From Candidatus Heimdallarchaeota archaeon (lineage in GTDB: Archaea; Asgardarchaeota; Heimdallarchaeia; Heimdallarchaeales; Heimdallarchaeaceae): a stretch of 16,659 nt of DNA. The stretch is from the NCBI GenBank assembly GCA_030668825.1, contig DAOVET010000052.1, positions 1 to 16,659 of the forward strand, read 5' to 3'. Positions 8,738-16,319 of the stretch are shown in pieces. Below the pieces are notes generated by a model, which worked only from the letters and a program-made list of their open reading frames with translations, was not told the origin of the DNA and ran no database searches. The position numbers and the translations under genes were made by a program. Positions within the stretch are counted from its first letter, which is position 1. Each line of letters begins with the position of its first letter.

Positions 8738-9183
8738 ATAGCAATATTCTCAATATGAGAAATGTTCACCATTTATCGATAAATGTGAGTTGTATTTGAA
8801 TGAATGTATGACATTCCTTCACAATTTGTTTTGTTGATTTTACATCATCTTCATTGATTGAATTTGTAGTTTATTCATTAACACTAGATTGTTTTTTTCA
8901 GATATATTTCAAACTTTCAGGAATACCTTACTTCATTAATATTATATACAAAATCATATATTAACACAAAAAACCCATTTTGGACCTGTTTATATTTAAA
9001 CTAAGTGTGTAAATTTCTTTCCCAAAGTCTAAAAGCAAGAATTTTAACACTTCCATTTTTCTCGAGGCTGATGGCCAATTTGCAAGTATTTATATCGCAA
9101 AAAGTTTTTGAATAAAGTAGGAGTATAGAGTCATTAGGGTAACCATCGGTACTCTTGATACTTTATAATCACGAGGAAAGAAG
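8738..9183. promoter_or_regulatory. AT-rich divergent promoter region between thyX and operon B
   Basis: Only long non-coding gap in the window, flanked by divergent genes. Candidate archaeal TATA box TTTATATC at 9089-9096 and GAGG SD just before ATG 9184. Confidence 0.55.
8747..8785. promoter_or_regulatory. Two adjacent inverted repeats upstream of thyX (candidate operator sites)
   Basis: TTCTCA-ata-TGAGAA (8747-8761) and the perfect 16-bp palindrome CATTTATCGATAAATG (8770-8785). The sequences are certain; the regulatory role is inferred. Confidence 0.45.
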
Positions 9184-12100
9184 ATGTCAGAAAGCAAAGA
9201 TTCGGCTAAAAACACTAAGCGGTTTAAAGAGGGAGCTAAACTAAAGACAAAACCCGCTGTAGTTCCTAAATATAAAAAGATGAAAACAGGAAGTACTAAA
9301 TTACCCGTCGCTGCAATGATGCCCAGAGGTATAACCGCTTGGAACATAGCTTTTTCTATTCTATTTCTAGGGCTTTTGGTTGCAACAATTATTAACACTT
9401 ATTTTAATGAATTTATTCCTATTCCATTACCCGATTTGTTTTTGAAGTACATTGTTCCCGTTGTTTTAATACTCGAGGTATTTTTAGTTCTGATTGCTTT
9501 TGAAGCAAAATCATTTTCTTTCCCAAAAATACGCACAAGACATAGTGTGAAAAGGATAATGGTTGTAGGCTTTATCATAGGTTCATTATTAGTTTCTTTC
9601 TTTACTCCTTATTTTAATTTGATTGGAAAATATCGTGATTTACCTCCTGGTGAAATCACACCAATGGACACCAATCCCTCGTGGTTTGATTCACTTTTTA
9701 CAGGAGATGCACCATTTTACATAGATGGCATTTTAGATCTTCTTGATAATATGGATCTAGACCCAGATCTTAATATAGATGAAATAGCACAAGTAGAAGC
9801 TCTTTCTGGTACATTAGGGAACTATCTCTATCGGTGGGATATTAAGGATAATTATCAAGCGAGCTCATGGGATTTCGTAGAAACGAGTGGTGAAACTAGA
9901 TTCGATTTAACAGCTGAAAATCATGACCCAGCTGTACATTCAGATCCTCCAAGTAGTTATCAACAATTAGATGTAACTCAATTGGTTTATAGTGTTCAAA
10001 CAGCTCTGCTTACACAATTAATATCCACTTGGAGTAATAATTACAATGAACCATTCCTGACAAATGATTTGAACTGGACAGATAACCTGGTTGATGAAAA
10101 TGGTACTGTGTGTGCTGTAGAAGGAACAGCTGATGTCAAATACAATTTAAACGATATGTTATCCCTGAAAGCAACCACCAACCAAGTAGGATTCTTTGGA
10201 GATTTTAATTATCAACCTTATTTCATTAGCGATGACAACATTTCAGATATTATTTCGGATTCAACAAATTATGATGATTATACTTATCTTCATACGAGCT
10301 GGTATAATTCAACATTCTCTCGTTTCCTTCAGAAGCCATTGAATTATGAAACTATCTCTCCTTTGGTAGCTGCATATGCAGCCAATGCTACAAATCATGG
10401 AATAACAAATGGACATACAATGTACCAGCAAACAACATACATTCTGGAGAAGATATTATCCGATTTTGGGATGCCTATAGCTGATGATGATGATAACAAT
10501 GGTCGAGATAGAGCTGAACTTCTTCTGGAAGGTTTAGATACTTCAGCATCTGCATATATAGCTTTGGCCATTATGACTTTAAGATTAAATAACATTCCAT
10601 GTCGTCCTGTTATTGGTTTTGCAATTGGAGATGGAACTGCTACAGTTAGAACTCTTACATTGTCTGACAATATTTATGCTTGGGTTGAAGCTCTTCTCCC
10701 AGTAAATGATGGTGTGGGGGGACCCACCTTCAAATGGGGTCAGTTCCAAATGGGACCTTATGTTGATTTAGATACAAGTTCAATGTATTATTGTGAAAAC
10801 ACTCTATACTCTTCATTTAATGTAAGCATAGAAATGTTTGGAGAACCAGCTTTGTATTTACCAGTTACCAAACAAAACATAGATGGAGAAGATATTTATC
10901 TTACAGATTATGCAAAAAACTATACTCTTAGAGCAACAGTCAGTGATGAAACAGGCTTTGTAGAGGGATCTACAGTTAATTTTGCAACAGTAACTGTAGC
11001 TCAATTACAGACATATTCAACAAATCCTGCAGGATTATTATCTGTAGCAAACAATCTAGGTACAGCTGTTTCTGTAGTTGGAGGTGTAGCTGAACTTTAT
11101 ACGGAATGGGATCCTGTACAATATACTGTTTACAATCCGAGTAATCCTGGAGGAACGGCTTATGTGTTATTAGCATACGTGACGTTACTTTCAACGAATT
11201 ACACAGGATTTGTAATTATACCTACTGGATATCTAACGGGTATAAGCATAAACGCTACAAAAGAAACGCTTTCAAATCCAAGTCCCCCTCCAGTAGGAAC
11301 GTTTAATTTATTTTTAATACAAAAAGGAGTTCAATATCAAATTTCAACTGAATTATTTGAATTCTCTAATCTTACATCGCCTTTAGAAGGTCGCTTAGTT
11401 ACCTACTATATTTTAGATGAAAATGAGAAAAATGATTTACTTCTTGGAACATTGGATCCTGCTACATTGAGAGTGATAGGAAGTAACTATACGGATTCAA
11501 ATGGTAATTCGAGTGTTTATACTATGCAAGGAACAACCAACATTTTATCAACCTTAACTCCTCCTGTAACAGCTGGTGCAGCATATTATATTGCAGCATT
11601 ATTTGGACAGAATTATACTTACACAATTATGCTCTATTTCGATGGAAAATATTCAACCGTGGATTCAAGTGATTATTACCACAATAAGGGAGTAGACGGG
11701 GAGTTCTTCACTCCTGATATAGATATTTTTCTTTATCAACAACCTCCTGGTGGAACTCCAAGCCCAATAACAGGTGAAAGTGTGGAGATATGGCTTGTAA
11801 AACAATCAGTTTATGATGCAGCAGATAAGATTGATGCAACAACATTACGGGCTGATTTAGTTATCGTTAGAAATGCTGGTGAAGCTTATGGAGCTTATAT
11901 TGTAGATACAGGTGTGAGTGATTTAAATGGTTTCTATAACACTACTCTTAATGTGAATGTTACACAATTCGGACCGAGTTTCTATAGACTCGTAGTGTTC
12001 TACCTAGACACGTGGAATATCTCTGCGCAGATAACTATTGCTTTTCCACCAGCTCATCTGAGCTATGCAATGACTAATGTAGAATCTTCAATACCTTCCC

Positions 12101-12225
12101 AGATTTTAATAGCATATAGTATGATTAACACAGATATATCTGGTGTGAAAAACAGCAGAAGTAATGGGTTTCTAACAGAGATTAACTGTGAAACAATGTT
12201 GTTCAATAAGGATGTGAAATACTGA
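9184..12225 (+). CDS. Large membrane-anchored transglutaminase-like (TgpA-like) protein, predicted catalytically inactive, with C-terminal beta-sandwich repeats
   Basis: Lys-rich N-terminal tail and 3 TM helices, then an acidic, sequon-rich ectodomain. Core GRDRAELLL...SASAYIALAIMTLRLNNIPCRPVIGF...YAWVEA...WGQFQMGP aligns to the transglutaminase-like consensus G.C..YA.....R..GIP.R.V.G...HAW.E...W..FDPTP. Confidence 0.85.
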   Translation: MSESKDSAKNTKRFKEGAKLKTKPAVVPKYKKMKTGSTKLPVAAMMPRGITAWNIAFSILFLGLLVATIINTYFNEFIPIPLPDLFLKYIVPVVLILEVFLVLIAFEAKSFSFPKIRTRHSVKRIMVVGFIIGSLLVSFFTPYFNLIGKYRDLPPGEITPMDTNPSWFDSLFTGDAPFYIDGILDLLDNMDLDPDLNIDEIAQVEALSGTLGNYLYRWDIKDNYQASSWDFVETSGETRFDLTAENHDPAVHSDPPSSYQQLDVTQLVYSVQTALLTQLISTWSNNYNEPFLTNDLNWTDNLVDENGTVCAVEGTADVKYNLNDMLSLKATTNQVGFFGDFNYQPYFISDDNISDIISDSTNYDDYTYLHTSWYNSTFSRFLQKPLNYETISPLVAAYAANATNHGITNGHTMYQQTTYILEKILSDFGMPIADDDDNNGRDRAELLLEGLDTSASAYIALAIMTLRLNNIPCRPVIGFAIGDGTATVRTLTLSDNIYAWVEALLPVNDGVGGPTFKWGQFQMGPYVDLDTSSMYYCENTLYSSFNVSIEMFGEPALYLPVTKQNIDGEDIYLTDYAKNYTLRATVSDETGFVEGSTVNFATVTVAQLQTYSTNPAGLLSVANNLGTAVSVVGGVAELYTEWDPVQYTVYNPSNPGGTAYVLLAYVTLLSTNYTGFVIIPTGYLTGISINATKETLSNPSPPPVGTFNLFLIQKGVQYQISTELFEFSNLTSPLEGRLVTYYILDENEKNDLLLGTLDPATLRVIGSNYTDSNGNSSVYTMQGTTNILSTLTPPVTAGAAYYIAALFGQNYTYTIMLYFDGKYSTVDSSDYYHNKGVDGEFFTPDIDIFLYQQPPGGTPSPITGESVEIWLVKQSVYDAADKIDATTLRADLVIVRNAGEAYGAYIVDTGVSDLNGFYNTTLNVNVTQFGPSFYRLVVFYLDTWNISAQITIAFPPAHLSYAMTNVESSIPSQILIAYSMINTDISGVKNSRSNGFLTEINCETMLFNKDVKY

Positions 12226-12226
12226 A

Positions 12227-15200
12227 ATGAACAGAAGAAGGACTTATCAAATACTAACTTTCATTTTTATAGTTACAATTATTGGTAGTCTGATTATTCC
12301 AGTTTATAGTGAAGTAATGATTAGTAAACAGAATGAAGAAAATACCTCTGTTACTCTTGATTCTTCAGCTCTTCAATCTGAATTTCCTTTTGATCTAACA
12401 AGGAATGAATTCAAGTTTACTCCACCCATCAGTTATGATATATCTGATTCTGAAACAGAATCCCCCGAAACTTCTATCAGTGCAAGACAACCATATGCTC
12501 AAATATTAGAAGTAAAACCAAGAAATTCCAATCCATTTGATCCTGATTTAGGTACCATAAAGACAATTACTAATCCTGATTCCAGTGATCAATTTTTCAG
12601 GGGAACTACTGTTACTGTTACTGGAGTACTCTGGTCAGGTTTACCTGGTGGTTTTTGGGTGGGAGAAACTGTATATCTTTACTATAATATAACAAAAACT
12701 ACATATGAATCAAACAAAGCATTTTATGATGGCAATTCTCAATATGAGGTGGGTTCAGGTGTAACTGTTGCGGGTGGAATATTTAATATTGATTTAGTTA
12801 CTTCAAACTCAACAATTGATCCCTTCTCTAAAGTGGGAGATATTACCCTACTAACTTGGTATAGAGGAGGAACAAATCCTGATTGGGCAGAAGGAAGTCC
12901 TGGAGATGTAACCGTTGAATTCTATGGACAACTAGAATTTGATGTTAATGCAGTAGTTAGTAATCCTAATGCTACGTATTCTTTTACAACTCAGATACTT
13001 TATGATAATGGAACAATTGTAGATGTAGGTGGAACTAATCTTGGTTATGTTGTAGATTGGACAACTTACAGTGCATATGATGATAGTGGAACAGATGTTT
13101 TTGCTTCCAATCAGCACGTTTTTAGTGATACTTCTCCCTCTGCTGGAACAGATACTGTAAGCTATTCAATAGACTACGATATAACTCAATTACCCTTCAG
13201 TTTCTTTGTAAAACTAGGTTCTGCGACATTTAATCCTTCAGAACATTTAACTCTTACATTGGTTGGAAGTACAGAAGAATCAGCTCTAGTTGATGCTTAT
13301 TATAACACGGGAACTGGATTAAGTAAATTACCTATGGAGATTCAAATAGGTGATACTTTTGAGATACAAGCCACATTAAATTCCAGCAGTGGTTATGAAT
13401 CTTCCAAAACGATAACTGTAATTTATTATTATGAGGGGTCTAATCACACTTCTCCAGATCCATATGTAACCAATTCTTCAGGTGGAATTAAGTTTAACAC
13501 ATACTTGAATCCATCAGCTAATGTTTCAGATATAAGTCAAGGCTTTATTGTTTATCTTCAACCTGTAGCTTCAGAATTTCCTGGAGCAAGGATGATTGGA
13601 GATTCCTTAGATTCTATATTAACTGTAAACATAACAACTGTCAGGATAACAATTGCGGATACTGTTAATTTCTATACAGTAGGATTACCAATCGGTTACA
13701 ATGTTGAAATTGAAGATATAAATGGGAACCTGTGTCCATTAGCAAGGTTCCAAATAGATTTCACAGGTGAACCCTCTGACTTCTACTTTACTACAGCCAG
13801 TGGAGATAGAGATGTAACTTCTATAGTTCCAAGTTATGCAGTTCAAGCTCCAATAGAACCCATCACAGTTACAGGATTAGATTATGATGGAGGAACTTAC
13901 AAATATTATGCTCCAAGTTCCCCAACAGCATCTGACAATTTCGAAATGTATTATGCTCTTTCGTTAACTCTTACAGATAATGATGGGGGGGCGGTTCTAG
14001 GTGGACTTACAAGTGTATGGAATAGAACTTTCTGGAATGATTTTGAGATAAATAATGATTATTATGAACTTCAAGCACTGGATCAATGGGGAAGAAATCC
14101 TGAAGGTGCTAGGATATCAATAACTTTTGCTGGAGAAGAAGCATTCTTCTTTGTAACAGCAGCACAAAATTGGGTAAGATATGATGAAACTCATTTAGGC
14201 GCTGGTTGGGATCACAATCTTGCTTTTACAGGAGATTTAATAGCAACAGGTGGAGATTATGCACCAGCAACAACTATCACACAAACGATTAATATTTATG
14301 GTCCTGATACTGAAGCTCCTATTTTAGTAAGTGTGAATTTTACACCTGATCCAAATAGCACAGCCACACATTATCCTTATTTCAACATAACTTTCACAGT
14401 TGTTGCTACTGATGCCCATTCAGGAGTTAGGTCTGTCATAGTTTATTACGATTTATATGACCATACTGGCACTTATAACTCCTCTGCAAGTGTGACTCTT
14501 ACAAATATAGCACCTGATACCTATGAAGACAATATAACAATGTATGTTCATCAGAATCAATGGTATGTTGTATATTTAGTAGAAGTTAAGGATTATGCAG
14601 GACATGGATTAGATGCATCTGGAAGTCGACAAATACTTCCAGCACAGTGGTATGATGCTAATTTTGGTTATATTGATACTGAGGGCGGTTATTATAGAGT
14701 AGGAGATGTTCATGAACCAGTTGAACTTGCTTCTCCTGTAGCAACTTATTCTGGAAATGTTCCTAACCCTTATGTTGACATTTCTGTATTTATTAATGAT
14801 TCAGTTGTTTATAGTGGTATGTGGTTTGTTTATATTTTTGTGAGTAGAACAAATCTTGTAACAGATGTATTTGAAGCAAACATCACAGAAGGATTTATGA
14901 CACAAGTACCTTCAACAAATGAATGGACTTATCACTTAGATTTGGAGTATAATTACAACTATACTTGGTATTATGTTGCAACAGATTTAGCTCTACCTTT
15001 GTTTAACTTCGAAATTTTTGATACCATGTTTCTAACGACAGATGATTCTGATAGTCCCAACATCTTCGGAATAACTGTAAATGCAATTAATGGTACAGCT
15101 GATCCTGATTCTGTTTTAACATTCAATGCTTCAGTAATAGACATATTAACCAATGTTTCTACTGTTACTCTTAATATTACAATCTCGCTTGGAACTACAT

Positions 15201-15874
15201 TTGTTGTTGAAGATCATTCTGTAGAAATGACTAGAATAGGCACTAGTGATATCTTCACGGCAACAGTAGATTTGTCCCAATTTAGATTCAGAACTTCAGG
15301 AACATATGCTCTCCTTTATACCATAGCCGCAACCGATGCCGTTGAAAACACGGGTTCTGTATTAAGAAGCTTATCAGTAGTCTATGAAAGCGGTGGATTA
15401 GGAATCGGTAATCTTGGAGCAATTATAGGTGGAGCTGCAGGTGCGGTTGTTCTTATTCTAGCAGGTTTATTCCTCTGGTTCAATAGACATACAATCAAAA
15501 CATATGCCCAGAAACAAACATTCAGAAGAAGATTGAGAGATTATCTGCGAGAGATAATTGATGATATTAAGAAAGATGGGTTAGAGGGAAGATATAAACA
15601 AGGTTTGTTAAAGACATGGAGTGTTGTGGAGGGTATTGGTAGAGAATTCTATGATCTCCCAAGATATAGGAGTCAAACTCCTACAGAATTTGCAAGATTA
15701 TTAGCTTATAAAAGTAAAATTGAGCGCGAGCTCATTGATACTCTCTCAGAGTATTTCGAAAAAGCACGATATGGTTTTGAAGAGATCACTGAAAAAGATT
15801 TCAATACCGGAGTGCGTGCTTTATTAAAAATAGTAGATAAAATTGAAGTAGGTGAAATGAAAATTGAGTCGTAG
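12227..15874 (+). CDS. Large type I surface (glyco)protein: signal peptide, multiple Ig-like repeats, C-terminal TM and cytoplasmic DUF4129
   Basis: Signal/anchor MNRRRTYQILTFIFIVTIIGSLIIPVYS, T/S/D/Y-rich beta ectodomain with about 23 N-x-S/T sequons (hand count), TM GAIIGGAAGAVVLILAGLFLWF, and tail RYRSQTPTEF...YFEKARYG. Confidence 0.85.
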   Translation: MNRRRTYQILTFIFIVTIIGSLIIPVYSEVMISKQNEENTSVTLDSSALQSEFPFDLTRNEFKFTPPISYDISDSETESPETSISARQPYAQILEVKPRNSNPFDPDLGTIKTITNPDSSDQFFRGTTVTVTGVLWSGLPGGFWVGETVYLYYNITKTTYESNKAFYDGNSQYEVGSGVTVAGGIFNIDLVTSNSTIDPFSKVGDITLLTWYRGGTNPDWAEGSPGDVTVEFYGQLEFDVNAVVSNPNATYSFTTQILYDNGTIVDVGGTNLGYVVDWTTYSAYDDSGTDVFASNQHVFSDTSPSAGTDTVSYSIDYDITQLPFSFFVKLGSATFNPSEHLTLTLVGSTEESALVDAYYNTGTGLSKLPMEIQIGDTFEIQATLNSSSGYESSKTITVIYYYEGSNHTSPDPYVTNSSGGIKFNTYLNPSANVSDISQGFIVYLQPVASEFPGARMIGDSLDSILTVNITTVRITIADTVNFYTVGLPIGYNVEIEDINGNLCPLARFQIDFTGEPSDFYFTTASGDRDVTSIVPSYAVQAPIEPITVTGLDYDGGTYKYYAPSSPTASDNFEMYYALSLTLTDNDGGAVLGGLTSVWNRTFWNDFEINNDYYELQALDQWGRNPEGARISITFAGEEAFFFVTAAQNWVRYDETHLGAGWDHNLAFTGDLIATGGDYAPATTITQTINIYGPDTEAPILVSVNFTPDPNSTATHYPYFNITFTVVATDAHSGVRSVIVYYDLYDHTGTYNSSASVTLTNIAPDTYEDNITMYVHQNQWYVVYLVEVKDYAGHGLDASGSRQILPAQWYDANFGYIDTEGGYYRVGDVHEPVELASPVATYSGNVPNPYVDISVFINDSVVYSGMWFVYIFVSRTNLVTDVFEANITEGFMTQVPSTNEWTYHLDLEYNYNYTWYYVATDLALPLFNFEIFDTMFLTTDDSDSPNIFGITVNAINGTADPDSVLTFNASVIDILTNVSTVTLNITISLGTTFVVEDHSVEMTRIGTSDIFTATVDLSQFRFRTSGTYALLYTIAATDAVENTGSVLRSLSVVYESGGLGIGNLGAIIGGAAGAVVLILAGLFLWFNRHTIKTYAQKQTFRRRLRDYLREIIDDIKKDGLEGRYKQGLLKTWSVVEGIGREFYDLPRYRSQTPTEFARLLAYKSKIERELIDTLSEYFEKARYGFEEITEKDFNTGVRALLKIVDKIEVGEMKIES
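14306..15349 (+). repeat. Three tandem protein-level Ig-like repeats (D-xxx-P ... D-x(2-4)-SG/NV ... [AV]-x-D-x-[AV]) next to the membrane anchor
   Basis: Units start at DTEAP (14306), DVHEP (14705) and DSDSP (15044) and end at VKDYAGH, ATDLALP and ATDAVEN. No DNA-level repeat is visible. Confidence 0.6.
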
Positions 15875-16319
15875 TAAATCCTCTGGATTCTTTAAAAGAA
15901 GAAAACAAGTCAAGGCTTTAAACCAAATGTTTACATCTGTAATGGCAGATGTTAGAATTTTCGAGCAACGACAAGACTATAGAGGTGCTGTAATAGCCTC
16001 TTTTGGAGGTTTAACAAACATCGCTGATGGTCTTCTTAGCATGGCTCGTGCTCCTTATGAAACAGGACGAGAATTTGGTATTAATGTAGCAAACACAGCC
16101 AATATTTCACATGAAGTTATGGATGAATACTTAACATCATTTGAGATAGCACGGTATACTGATGCGGATATATCTTATGATGATTATCAAGAGGCAATTC
16201 AGAGACTAGATATCTGTTTCAGAGGAATAAGAGAACAGGGTGTAGAAGTAGTTGAGCCAACAAGAAAACCAACCAAGAGCAAAGGCAGAACAAGAAAGAC
16301 AATCAAGAGCAAGAACTAG
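15864..16319 (+). CDS. Stand-alone soluble DUF4129-domain protein with basic N- and C-terminal tails
   Basis: DYRGAVI...RAPYETGREF...FEIARY...ISYDD with no TM helix. TTG start preceded by GGTGA (15851-15855); overlaps the upstream gene by 11 nt. Confidence 0.8.
   Translation: MSRSKSSGFFKRRKQVKALNQMFTSVMADVRIFEQRQDYRGAVIASFGGLTNIADGLLSMARAPYETGREFGINVANTANISHEVMDEYLTSFEIARYTDADISYDDYQEAIQRLDICFRGIREQGVEVVEPTRKPTKSKGRTRKTIKSKN

Noticed and set aside
8766-8870. Short stop-free minus-strand stretch (TTNSINEDDVKSTKQIVKECHTFI...) that could be a gene remnant
   Set aside because: Only about 34 codons, with no suitable start or SD and no motif strong enough to call.
12215-12235. Programmed frameshift or pseudogene break fusing the two giant ORFs
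   Set aside because: No slippery run is evident, and the downstream ORF has its own signal peptide and SD-like site.
1008-15153. Short alternative-frame and antisense ORFs in the track (e.g. 1008-1199, 1384-1632, 2127-2414, 4173-4436, 7253-7507, 8259-8471, 9090-9398, 10395-10670, 14971-15153)
   Set aside because: All are nested in or largely overlap well-supported genes and have no recognisable motif; they are typical shadow ORFs.
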